Source: Halanaerobiales bacterium | GTDB lineage: Bacteria; Bacillota; Halanaerobiia; Halanaerobiales; JADQBU01 | Assembly (NCBI GenBank): GCA_016278435.1 | Contig: JADQBU010000416.1 | Coordinates: forward strand, 1-24,000 | Reading direction: 5' to 3' | Length of the DNA: 24,000 bases | In this document: positions 5,929 through 14,211 of the stretch, one piece after another | How positions within the stretch are numbered: position 1 is the stretch's first letter | How the letters are laid out: the number at the start of each line of letters is the position of its first letter | Made by a program: the position numbers and the translations under genes | Notes under the pieces: generated by a model | Seen by the model: only the letters and a program-made list of their open reading frames with translations | Databases searched by the model: none | What the model was told of the DNA's origin: nothing

Positions 5929-5976
5929 AAAAGAAAAAACTGTCACCAGACCTCTGATAGAGAGATCCTGTGACAG
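5929..5976 (-). terminator. Rho-independent terminator of dfx
   Basis: CTGTCAC (5940..5946) pairs with GTGACAG (5970..5976), with extra internal pairing. On the minus strand it is followed by TTTTTTCTTTT (complement of 5929..5939). Confidence 0.5.
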
Positions 5977-6001
5977 TTATTAATCAATCACTTATGTAAT
6001 T

Positions 6002-6376
6002 TTAAGCTTTCCAGAGACCATGTACATTACAGTACTCTCTGACATCTTCTATCTCTTCTTTATCTACAGCAAACTCTGCTTTAGGCTCTTCACCTGGCTT
6101 TAACTCTGCCCGTAGAACCTTATCAGCAGTTAATACTTCGATAGAAGTAATGTAGTGCTTTTCTTCCATGGGATGCAGGGTAGAACCAACTATTACTTCT
6201 ACACCTTCATCGGTCTCCTCTACCATCGGTACATGTTTTTCAACTGTATAATCTTCTGTTTTAGCTTCCAGTTTTTCCATATCTTCTCCACAGCAGACTA
6301 ACGATTCTGTGTTACCATAAATAACCTCAACCACATTACCACATACATTACATTTGTAAATATCTCTCAATTTCAC
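6002..6376 (-). CDS. dfx: Desulfoferrodoxin (2Fe superoxide reductase)
   Basis: 124 aa. N-terminal desulforedoxin cysteines YKCNVCGNVVEV...LVCCGEDM. SOR centre EKHVP...GSTLHPMEEKHYI...EYCNVHGLWKA. GTG start with AAGGAG SD. Confidence 0.95.
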   Translation of the reverse strand: MKLRDIYKCNVCGNVVEVIYGNTESLVCCGEDMEKLEAKTEDYTVEKHVPMVEETDEGVEVIVGSTLHPMEEKHYITSIEVLTADKVLRAELKPGEEPKAEFAVDKEEIEDVREYCNVHGLWKA

Positions 6377-6415
6377 TTAAATCACTCCTTATCAGTAATG
6401 ATTGCTACTATTAAT

Positions 6416-6444
6416 AGTTTAATATACTTTTTACGGTTTGTCAA
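6416..6444 (-). promoter_or_regulatory. Candidate sigma-A promoter of dfx
   Basis: Minus strand reads TTGACA (6444..6439), 17 nt spacer, TAAACT (6421..6416), about 40 nt upstream of the GTG at 6376. Confidence 0.45.
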
Positions 6445-6458
6445 GAATTAATTCTTGA
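6441..6458. promoter_or_regulatory. Perfect 18-bp palindrome overlapping the dfx -35 (candidate operator)
   Basis: TCAAGAATTAATTCTTGA is its own reverse complement. It overlaps the last codons of the upstream gene and the TTGACA -35. Confidence 0.35.
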
Positions 6459-6974
6459 TTTTATTTCTTTTATGTATTGTGGTTCAAAGGTTAGATTTTG
6501 AAGATTACTCTCTATTATTGATTTACCCCCTTTAATACAGGTTAAAAGATTATAAACAGCAACCTCATAATCTGCCTTGACCACCTCTTTTAAATAAGGA
6601 TCTATACTTCTGGCATAGGCCAATACCTTCCGGGCATTTTCAATCACCTGGGCTGGAACATCTACTAATTTTTTTAAATCCTTCTTTACTCTGAAATTAT
6701 TCTTTGAATTCAGGTCATATGCCTGAACATCTTCATCCATCAGTTGCAAAAATTTTTTTTCAGCCTTCTCCAGCTGAATAAGTAATCCCTGAAATTGAAC
6801 TTTTAGATCATCACTCCATTCATTCTGACTAACACTGAATGCAAGTTTAACCAGAGAAACACCCAGGGCTCCATTTAATGCTATTGTAGTACCTCCAGCC
6901 GGGACAGGTGTCATTTGACTACTAATCTTTTGGTTTAACTCCTGGATAGAATTTTCCTTTAACATAAAAACCAT
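6441..6974 (-). CDS. Cyclodeaminase/cyclohydrolase-family protein (FTCD C-terminal-like)
   Basis: 177 aa. SSQMTPVPAGGTTIALNGALGVSLVKLAF resembles the P-x-P-G-G-G-S...A...GAL motif of this family, and the rest is helical. The true start is probably the second ATG (6965), which has better SD spacing to GAGAGG. Confidence 0.65.
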   Translation of the reverse strand: MVFMLKENSIQELNQKISSQMTPVPAGGTTIALNGALGVSLVKLAFSVSQNEWSDDLKVQFQGLLIQLEKAEKKFLQLMDEDVQAYDLNSKNNFRVKKDLKKLVDVPAQVIENARKVLAYARSIDPYLKEVVKADYEVAVYNLLTCIKGGKSIIESNLQNLTFEPQYIKEIKSRINS

Positions 6975-6982
6975 CCTCTCAA

Positions 6983-7318
6983 CTAATCATGATTATTGAT
7001 TCTTTGATTTATAGAGGCCAAAAAATCTCTAAGAATTGACCTTTCTTCTAGTGTTAATTTCATTATCTCTTCAAATAATTCATCCATTTTATTTATAACA
7101 CTGTTACTTCCATTATGCAAATTATCTCTATTAAAAAACTCAGATAAACTCATCCCCAGAGCTGAACATATTTTTTTGAGTGAATTTATAGAAATATTTT
7201 TTTCACCTCTTTCAATGGTACTGATAAAGGATTGACTTAAACCAGTTAATTCAGCCAGTTGTTTCTGACTTATCCCTCTGCTTCTCCTTAATTCTCTGAT
7301 TCTTTGACCTAAATTCAT
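6983..7318 (-). CDS. XRE-family helix-turn-helix transcriptional regulator
   Basis: MNLGQRIRELRRSRGISQKQLAELTGLSQSFISTIERGEKNISINSLKKICSALGMSLSEFF is a canonical HTH_3 pattern. Confidence 0.9.
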   Translation of the reverse strand: MNLGQRIRELRRSRGISQKQLAELTGLSQSFISTIERGEKNISINSLKKICSALGMSLSEFFNRDNLHNGSNSVINKMDELFEEIMKLTLEERSILRDFLASINQRINNHD

Positions 7319-7339
7319 TTTATCTCCCCTTTATATAAG

Positions 7340-7355
7340 CATAACTATAGTTATG
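7340..7355. promoter_or_regulatory. Perfect 16-bp palindrome (candidate XRE operator)
   Basis: CATAACTATAGTTATG lies 22 nt upstream of the minus-strand XRE start. A half-site-like TATAACTA recurs at 7411..7418. Confidence 0.35.
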
Positions 7356-7433
7356 TACTAATTTTAATATATCACCAATTTTTACTAAAATCAAACATTT
7401 TCTGTTATTGTATAACTAAAAGTAATATTTTGC

Positions 7434-7462
7434 TTGAAATATATTACATTTAGTCATATAAT
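7434..7462 (+). promoter_or_regulatory. Candidate sigma-A promoter of the plus-strand XRE gene
   Basis: TTGAAA (7434..7439), 17 nt spacer, TATAAT (7457..7462). AAAGGTGG SD follows, then the ATG at 7484. Confidence 0.45.
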
Positions 7463-7483
7463 ATAATTAAAGGTGGTAAAAAT

Positions 7484-7708
7484 ATGGATATAAACGTGGG
7501 GCAAAAAATATATAAAGTCCGCATGCAGAAACACATTTCTCAGAGAGAACTTGCCGAAAAAGCCAACTTATCTCAGGCTTTTATCAGTCAACTTGAAAGT
7601 GGAGAAAAAAATCCTACTATGAAGACACTGGGAAAAATTGCTGAAGGACTGAGTATACAGTTAAAGGATTTTTTACTATATATTATCGGTGAAAAAGATA
7701 ATATTTAA
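7484..7708 (+). CDS. XRE-family helix-turn-helix transcriptional regulator (74 aa)
   Basis: VGQKIYKVRMQKHISQRELAEKANLSQAFISQLESGEKNPTMKTLGKIAEGLSIQLKDF matches the HTH_3 pattern. Confidence 0.9.
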   Translation: MDINVGQKIYKVRMQKHISQRELAEKANLSQAFISQLESGEKNPTMKTLGKIAEGLSIQLKDFLLYIIGEKDNI

Positions 7709-7952
7709 TTTAAAAAGCCGGAGAAAAAGCTACCACCGCTTTAACTCCAGCTCTTTACTCTATGTTTTGTATAATGATTTTAACCCACTGGTAGCTAAAC
7801 TGACAGAAAAAGGGATTTTTAACCTCTTTTCTATCTTATCAAAAAAACAATCAAAATAATACATTTAATTACCGTTTATATCAGTTGGTTTATAGTCTAA
7901 ATAGATTTAATGATAATGACATCCATTATTATTAAATAGGAGGTTTATTGTT

Positions 7953-8204
7953 TTGAAAAATATGAGTATCGCTAATAAACTTAATCTTATTATTATCAGC
8001 ATGTCCGTAAAACAGAAGGTTTTAGACAATATCGGCCAGGACTTCATTGAGATGAATATATATGAAGAATATATTGATTATCTAATGAAGGTTAATCTAA
8101 ATATACTAGATTCAAAATCTTCTAAGGATGTTTATAAATCCTTAATTGACGATTATATAAAGGGTAATCTAAGAAAAGCAGAATTTATTTTAAAGAATCT
8201 ATAA
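7953..8204 (+). CDS. Hypothetical small protein (83 aa)
   Basis: TTG start with AGGAGG SD 8 nt upstream (alternative ATG at 7962). No recognisable motif. Confidence 0.5.
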   Translation: MKNMSIANKLNLIIISMSVKQKVLDNIGQDFIEMNIYEEYIDYLMKVNLNILDSKSSKDVYKSLIDDYIKGNLRKAEFILKNL

Positions 8205-9284
8205 TATCTTTTTAACCCTATCTCTGCCAGAGTTCTTTGCTAGATAGAGGGCATTATCAGCTCGGGTTAAGAAAATTTTTATACTATCATTGTTTTGAAG
8301 TTGGGTTACACCCAGGCTGACTGTAATTTTATTTTTCACAGGTGGTATTCTTAGCTGAGCTATTCTTTTTCTAATCCTCTCTGCAACCTTTATGACATCT
8401 ATCAAATTAGTTTCTGTTAAAAGTATAGCAAACTCCTCTCCCCCTATTCTGGCTGCCATATCCTCTTTTCTTGTTTCCTCCTTAAAAACTTTACCTACTT
8501 CTATTAAAACTTCATCTCCAACATTATGTCCATAGGAGTCATTAATATTTTTAAATTTATCTATATCGGCCATAACCAGATAAATCGAATGTGATTTTCT
8601 CTGGGCCAGAGAATACATTCTTTCCAGATATTCCATAAAGTATCTCCGGTTGAAAATTCCTGTTAATTCATCTGTCTTTATCATCTTTTTCATCTTAAGA
8701 TGAAGTGCTTGTAATTCTTTTGATTCCTTCATTGCTCTGAGAATATAGTATGTAATTAATGTATAGGCCGGTATTGTAAACAATTGAATTGCCAAACGGA
8801 GCACCATGTTATCAAGTAGTGGGACACCATAAGCCCTGTTAAGTACCATTGGGATAGCCAGAGCTGAAACCAGTAAATGAGAAACAGTAATCGAAATAAA
8901 AACTGCTTTTAAACTCATTTTATTGAACATATAATTGTATATATAGCCAGCCATAAATCCCCTTAAAATCGTAATCAGGGTAAAGACAAACATATACTCC
9001 AGGTCACTATGCCAGATAAAAAAAGAAATTAGATCAACCAGCCCACCTATAACTCCCCCCCATAGGGGCCCCAGTAAGATACCTCCAAAAATGATGACAG
9101 GAGGACGCAGACTCAGTCTTGCTGCTTCTTCCAGAGGATATATGGAAAACATTATACTGTTACCAGGGTTATCAAAAAATACAGCTATACAGACCAGAAT
9201 AAGTAATACTTTTAAGGTATAAATCCAGTTAAAATTTCCCGGACGAACATCATTATTTTTCGTTTTTGTACCAATAAATAACAT
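8199..9284 (-). CDS. Membrane-bound diguanylate cyclase: N-terminal ~6-TM domain resembling ECF-transporter S components, plus GGDEF domain (GGEEF, I-site RKED)
   Basis: 361 aa. RKEDMAARIGGEEFAILL (GGEEF = nt 8430..8444), preceded by DELTGIFNRRYF and ADIDKFKNINDSYGHNVGDEVL. The N-terminal RPPVIIFGGILLGPLWGGVIGGLVDLISFFIW is ECF S-component-like (from memory). Confidence 0.9.
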   Translation of the reverse strand: MLFIGTKTKNNDVRPGNFNWIYTLKVLLILVCIAVFFDNPGNSIMFSIYPLEEAARLSLRPPVIIFGGILLGPLWGGVIGGLVDLISFFIWHSDLEYMFVFTLITILRGFMAGYIYNYMFNKMSLKAVFISITVSHLLVSALAIPMVLNRAYGVPLLDNMVLRLAIQLFTIPAYTLITYYILRAMKESKELQALHLKMKKMIKTDELTGIFNRRYFMEYLERMYSLAQRKSHSIYLVMADIDKFKNINDSYGHNVGDEVLIEVGKVFKEETRKEDMAARIGGEEFAILLTETNLIDVIKVAERIRKRIAQLRIPPVKNKITVSLGVTQLQNNDSIKIFLTRADNALYLAKNSGRDRVKKIL

Positions 9285-9572
9285 TTAATGTCCTCCCAGA
9301 TCACATACTATCCGTCTTTTTATCTCTTCCAGATTTTTATCTGTAGGTAATCCCCGGATATCTCCATCAACTTCCTGAGGTGGACTCCAGTGATAAGCAG
9401 GGGTTCCCAGACAGACCAGATCATAGTTTAAAAAATCAACATCCTGAGCCTGATTAACTTCCATTATTTCTATGTCGATGTCTCTTTCTAATAATCCCTC
9501 TTTTATTGCATTAGCAACCTTCCGTGTATTTCCTGTCTTTGACCAGTAAATAATCGCAGCCTTTTTTATCAA
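9285..9572 (-). CDS. Short flavodoxin-like protein (95 aa; only the N-terminal FMN-binding part is recognisable, possibly truncated)
   Basis: AAIIYWSKTGNTRKVANAI...YDLVCLGTPAY matches the flavodoxin phosphate-binding loop. The stop TAA (9287..9285) directly abuts the ATG of the cyclase (9284). The protein is well short of the ~140 aa or more that I recall for short-chain flavodoxins. Confidence 0.65.
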   Translation of the reverse strand: MIKKAAIIYWSKTGNTRKVANAIKEGLLERDIDIEIMEVNQAQDVDFLNYDLVCLGTPAYHWSPPQEVDGDIRGLPTDKNLEEIKRRIVCDLGGH

Positions 9573-9818
9573 TTTCTTCTCTCCCTTGAACTTAATTTAT
9601 ATAATGTTAATTCTACATAATTACTGAAATTCCTTTTTTTAGGTTATTATTTACAAGACACATTACAAATTCATTAGGACTTAAGTACTATTCTACTAAA
9701 AAACTCCATTTACCGCAAATAAAATTTCTTTTAACACCTGGTTAATGAAGGTCTTTAGGTCTTTATAACGAATATTGGTAATATAAGTATATTTACTGGA
9801 ATAAACGGGGTGTTCTGT

Positions 9819-11321
9819 ATGAAATTTAAAAAGGAAACCAGGATTACTTTTTTATATATAATAATCGGACTCGGCTGGATATTCTTTTCCGATTATTTTC
9901 TATTATTATTTTTTAAAGACCAGAACATGATTAACAGGTTTCAATCTTATAAAGGAATATTCTACGTTTTAATTACTGCCTATCTATTTTATCTTATTCT
10001 CCATAGAACCTTCAAAAATATCAGAATGCATCAACGAAAACTAAAATCAAGTCATGAATTACTGGCCTTAGATAATGAGCAATTTAGAATGTTAAATAAG
10101 AAAATCAGCAAAGCTAATCAGGAATTACAGAGACAGAAAGAAAAATTAAGTGAAAGTTATCAATTGCTTGAGGCAGATAACGAAGAATTTAAAGAACTCA
10201 ATAAAGAGTTGGAAGAATCTTACAACGAAATTAATGAGCTGGCAAATAATATAGAGAAAATGATCAACATAACTTCAGGGTTGAACAGTTTATCGGTAGA
10301 TAATACGGACCTTTTTCTTTCTGATCTCTTAAATACAGCTCTAAAATTAATTGATAAAGCTAATCAGGGGGCAATCGCCAGAATAATCGATGATAATTTA
10401 GTTTTTATTGATTCAGTTGACTATGAGATTGAAAAATTAAATCAACTTAACTTGAAAAAAAGTTTCGTAAATAAAATTAATGGTATTAAAACATTAACTG
10501 AGCTTTTTAAAGATGATATCTCAGCATTTGAAAACAGTAAATTTTATGAGAGATATCAAAAACTATTGCGAGAAATAAATGATTCTATAATTGTAAGTTT
10601 TAATAATGGTCAGGAAAAAGCAGGGGTTATCTGTTTATTGATAGATAAGCGTCACAAACAAAAATTTGATGAAAATAGCCATAGAACCATGTCAGCTTTC
10701 AGCAGTCTGGCCAGTGTTTTTTTCAAGATTCAAAAATATCATCAAGTTGAGGAAGAATTCCAGGAAGAATTAATCGTTGCTATTACCGGTTTTCTTGAAT
10801 TACATGATACATATACAGATGGGCATTCCAGGGAAGTTGCTGAATTATCAAGAAAAATCGCCAGAGAAATGAACCTTTCTGACCAGGAAGTAGAAAAAGC
10901 GTACTGGGCCGGTATGATCCATGATATCGGTAAAATCTTAATTCCTGAAACTATTTTAGTTAAAAATGGTCCTTTAACCAGTGTAGAATATAATAAGATA
11001 AAAAAACACCCCATATGGGGTTATCAGGCTTTAAAACATTCTGGTAGGTTGAAGGAAATAGCAGAAATAATTCTATACCATCATGAACGCTGGGATGGAA
11101 GTGGTTATCCTTATGGATTAAAAGAAGATGAAATACCTTTGATAGCCCGGATTTTATGTGTGGCTGATAGCTGGAATGCTATGCGCTCTAATCGACCTTA
11201 CCGCTCACATCTACCTATAAATAAAGCTTTAGAAGAACTTAGAGATAATAATGGAAGTCAATTTTGTCCAGAAGTAGTAGAGGCCTTCTTTGCAATAATG
11301 GGAGAACAGATTGCAATTTAA
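9819..11321 (+). CDS. HD-GYP domain c-di-GMP phosphodiesterase with N-terminal TM segments, coiled coil and a sensor-like domain
   Basis: HDTYTDGHSREVA...GMIHDIGKILIP...HHERWDGSGYPYGL...ADSWNAMRSNRPYR. The ORF track starts at GTG 9810, but ATG 9819 has the better SD (GGGGTG). Confidence 0.9.
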   Translation: MKFKKETRITFLYIIIGLGWIFFSDYFLLLFFKDQNMINRFQSYKGIFYVLITAYLFYLILHRTFKNIRMHQRKLKSSHELLALDNEQFRMLNKKISKANQELQRQKEKLSESYQLLEADNEEFKELNKELEESYNEINELANNIEKMINITSGLNSLSVDNTDLFLSDLLNTALKLIDKANQGAIARIIDDNLVFIDSVDYEIEKLNQLNLKKSFVNKINGIKTLTELFKDDISAFENSKFYERYQKLLREINDSIIVSFNNGQEKAGVICLLIDKRHKQKFDENSHRTMSAFSSLASVFFKIQKYHQVEEEFQEELIVAITGFLELHDTYTDGHSREVAELSRKIAREMNLSDQEVEKAYWAGMIHDIGKILIPETILVKNGPLTSVEYNKIKKHPIWGYQALKHSGRLKEIAEIILYHHERWDGSGYPYGLKEDEIPLIARILCVADSWNAMRSNRPYRSHLPINKALEELRDNNGSQFCPEVVEAFFAIMGEQIAI

Positions 11322-11572
11322 GAATTAACTATTTCTAAATTGAGGAGCCAATGATTTCCAGCCTTTAACTTTACCATATTTTGTTATATTATTAACCACA
11401 TAGAGCTCTTCATAAATAAAATCTTTTATTAAATTACGGATATCTGCATTTATTACCAACTCTCCAAAACTATAGGTAAATATGTTATGTCTGATACCTA
11501 GATTTTATTTGTTTGTGTCACTTGTATTTGTGGTATAAAATATTTTCTTTCAAAAGTAGATTATGATTCTTT

Positions 11573-12649
11573 TTATAATTGTTGTGAGTTATCACTTGCA
11601 CGCTTTACTATCGATATTATTAACACAATCCCTGGTATCATAATTTGAAAGGGAAAAGAATAGATAAAATAGTTTTCGACAGACCAGCGTATTGTTTCAA
11701 ATGTACTGTCATACAACCAGATTGCTACTGTTATTACTAAAGCGGAGACCGGTAGTACAAACAGCTTATATCTGTTTAGATTAAAAACCTGAACCAATCC
11801 CTGAGTTGCCGCATAAATACAGATAGAAACCTTGCACATGCCTCCTATTAAGTAGTTTACAGCTACCACAGCATCAAGATTATACCCGGGTATTAGTCTG
11901 GTGGTGATTGTTGAAGGAAAAATTGTTTCGAATAACATATCAGCTCCCAGGATAAAGAAATTCCTTAGCAAGATTATTAATAAAACCGTACCCATAACAA
12001 ACAAGGCCAGAAATGATGTCGTTAGGAGATCTTTTTTCCTATTCAAGGCTGGAAAGACCATCAAAAATATTACCAGTTCACCAAAGGGAAACCCCAGCAG
12101 AACAATTGATGTTTTTATAATCGGACCCAGTCCCCTGACAAGCATCGGTTTATAACTGTTAATATCAAAAAATTGAAATAAAAATGCCGTAACCAGAATT
12201 ACCATCACCGGGATAATCGGAATGAAGAATTCTGCTGTTCTGGCCATAACCTCCAGCCCGCTGCGCACCGCATAAGCTATGGTTATTATCATTATTATAA
12301 TTGTAAAAGTAATTGGGGTCTCGGGATAATCTGTTATGACGATATATTCTCCAAAATTTCTGATAACGATGGCGGCCAGGTGCATAAAATACCAGATATA
12401 TAATAGGGCAATAGCTTTACCGATAATCCTTCCGAAGTTTTTCTCCAGGATACCGATTAGTGTCTCCCCGGAATTGAGGTTAGCAATCAATACATAACCG
12501 CCTAATAAAAAAAAACCCCCCACCCAGCTGGCCAGATAAGCTATCCAGCAGTCCTGTTTAGCTGCCGACGCCGGGTTTATTACAACCCCAAACAAAAAAC
12601 CCATTATCAAAACAGCTAGTTGAAATCTGGATATTTTCTCGACTAACAC
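11573..12649 (-). CDS. Spore germination receptor B subunit (GerAB/GerKB-family permease-like)
   Basis: 358 aa with about 10 TM segments. The N-terminus ISRFQLAVLIMGFLFG... is typical of Ger(x)B. It is the last gene of a gerA/gerC operon. Confidence 0.85.
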   Translation of the reverse strand: MLVEKISRFQLAVLIMGFLFGVVINPASAAKQDCWIAYLASWVGGFFLLGGYVLIANLNSGETLIGILEKNFGRIIGKAIALLYIWYFMHLAAIVIRNFGEYIVITDYPETPITFTIIIMIITIAYAVRSGLEVMARTAEFFIPIIPVMVILVTAFLFQFFDINSYKPMLVRGLGPIIKTSIVLLGFPFGELVIFLMVFPALNRKKDLLTTSFLALFVMGTVLLIILLRNFFILGADMLFETIFPSTITTRLIPGYNLDAVVAVNYLIGGMCKVSICIYAATQGLVQVFNLNRYKLFVLPVSALVITVAIWLYDSTFETIRWSVENYFIYSFPFQIMIPGIVLIISIVKRASDNSQQL

Positions 12650-12654
12650 ATGTA

Positions 12655-12876
12655 TTACCTCCCTGGCAGCAAACCAATAATCTTCTCAATTAATACAGCC
12701 GGGCTTTGAGGTGCCCTGTCCAGTATTAAGAGGATACCAATAGTTAAACCGCAAAGCATAATAATTGAATATAAGATTACTGCCACCGGTTTATTGTTTA
12801 ACCCCAGTAACTCCTTTAAATCTAACAAGGTAATTAAGATAAATACAGCTATTAATAGAAATAACATATTAATCAC
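12655..12876 (-). CDS. Small two-TM membrane protein within the ger operon (possible germinant-receptor D-type subunit)
   Basis: 73 aa with two hydrophobic helices. Its ATGA overlaps the gerC stop by 4 nt, and it ends 6 nt before the gerB start. Confidence 0.6.
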   Translation of the reverse strand: MINMLFLLIAVFILITLLDLKELLGLNNKPVAVILYSIIMLCGLTIGILLILDRAPQSPAVLIEKIIGLLPGR

Positions 12877-14138
12877 TTCCCAGCATCTGTATAAGGCTGC
12901 CCGGATTTTTTAATCAAAGATGAACTAGTAGTTGTCCACTGAACCTTAATTTCCACCGGAGCATTACTGAAGACCTCTTCCCAGTTATCCTTTATTTTCT
13001 CCCAGTACTCATAATAATCACCGTAGACTATTTTTACAAAGCGGAAGAAATCACTCTGGTAATCCTGTTGGGCTTTGTCAACTGCATCCTGGATATTCTT
13101 TTTAATCACAGCCTTCACCCTACTTTCCATCTCCTTAACCATTTCCGGTGTTGTCAGATCACCTTTCCCCTGCTGGTCGGCCATTCTTCCCGAAGCTTTA
13201 ACCTCTATCATTAACTTTAACTCATCATCCCTGACCTCTCCCTTAATATTCCCGCTGGATTTAACTATTTCAAAGGCCACCTTTTTACCCACTTCAAGGG
13301 GATTGTCGACGTTAATAATCCCGCTTTGCACCTCATCGATGGCAAAAATCAATCCCCTGGTTTCAAAGGGATCCAGATAGCCTTTCAGTTTACCCTTTTT
13401 TATTACAGCAGTTCCCTCAATCTTTAGATCCTTGATTTCCAGTTTGCCTTCATCCTGTTTTTTACCTCCACTATCTTCTTGGGAATCTTTATTTTCCTGT
13501 TTCTGAATAACCCCGATGGCCAGTGAATTGCCCCGGATACGAATGCGCCTGACGGCATCAAAAAATGTGGTCTTTTTTATCTTGGCCAGGGCATCATTGT
13601 TTTTAAGTATTGACCTAATATGCAAGGCCGGTATATTCTCTAACTCACTCTGGGCCTGAAGAACCTCCCGGGCGGTAATCCCCCGGGTAATTAAAAGGTC
13701 GGCCATCCTTTCTGTCTCTTTATCCCTTTCAAATAAATCGAAGATATCTGTAACCCCTTCCCTGGCAACCTCTTCCCCGATAATCATTAACTGTACATGG
13801 CTGAAATAAGCCTTTCTGTTTAAGGTTGTCAACTGATTCCTGATGGCTGTGAAAACCGTCTCTCCGGTGGAGGAATAAACCCAGACCGGGTCTTCCGTAC
13901 TACCCTGACTTATAGCTTTAATAGTACCCGGTTTGACCATCTGCAGGGTTAACAAAATATCTCCCCTATCTGTCCTGTCAAACCCCACGGCGGTGACTAT
14001 GGCTATTTCTGATAAATCAACATTATTCCAGCAACCTGATAAAAGAAAAGTCAAACTGAACAGTATAATAAACAAAATGATCTGCTTGTTTTTTATTTGG
14101 ATTTTTGTTTTAACGATTTTTATCATCTTTAACACCAC
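12873..14138 (-). CDS. Spore germination receptor C subunit lipoprotein (Ger(x)C family)
   Basis: Lipobox FLLSGC followed by WNNVDLSEIAIVTAVGFDR, typical of GerAC/GerKC. The true start may be ATG 14126. Confidence 0.9.
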   Translation of the reverse strand: MVLKMIKIVKTKIQIKNKQIILFIILFSLTFLLSGCWNNVDLSEIAIVTAVGFDRTDRGDILLTLQMVKPGTIKAISQGSTEDPVWVYSSTGETVFTAIRNQLTTLNRKAYFSHVQLMIIGEEVAREGVTDIFDLFERDKETERMADLLITRGITAREVLQAQSELENIPALHIRSILKNNDALAKIKKTTFFDAVRRIRIRGNSLAIGVIQKQENKDSQEDSGGKKQDEGKLEIKDLKIEGTAVIKKGKLKGYLDPFETRGLIFAIDEVQSGIINVDNPLEVGKKVAFEIVKSSGNIKGEVRDDELKLMIEVKASGRMADQQGKGDLTTPEMVKEMESRVKAVIKKNIQDAVDKAQQDYQSDFFRFVKIVYGDYYEYWEKIKDNWEEVFSNAPVEIKVQWTTTSSSLIKKSGQPYTDAGK

Positions 14139-14211
14139 TTTGTCTTGACCGGCTTAACTTAACGGATTGCTTTATCAAGCAATGATATAGATTACATGGT
14201 TGCTCATTTTT

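Noticed and set aside
11325-11504. Minus-strand open frame ...GELVINADIRNLIKDFIYEELYVVNNITKYGKVKGWKSLAPQFRNS* in the gap between the HD-GYP gene and gerB, considered as a gene or gene remnant.
   Set aside because: It has no start codon or SD in the open stretch (bounded upstream by TAA), is under 60 codons, and I cannot assign a family. It may be a C-terminal remnant, but the evidence is insufficient to call.
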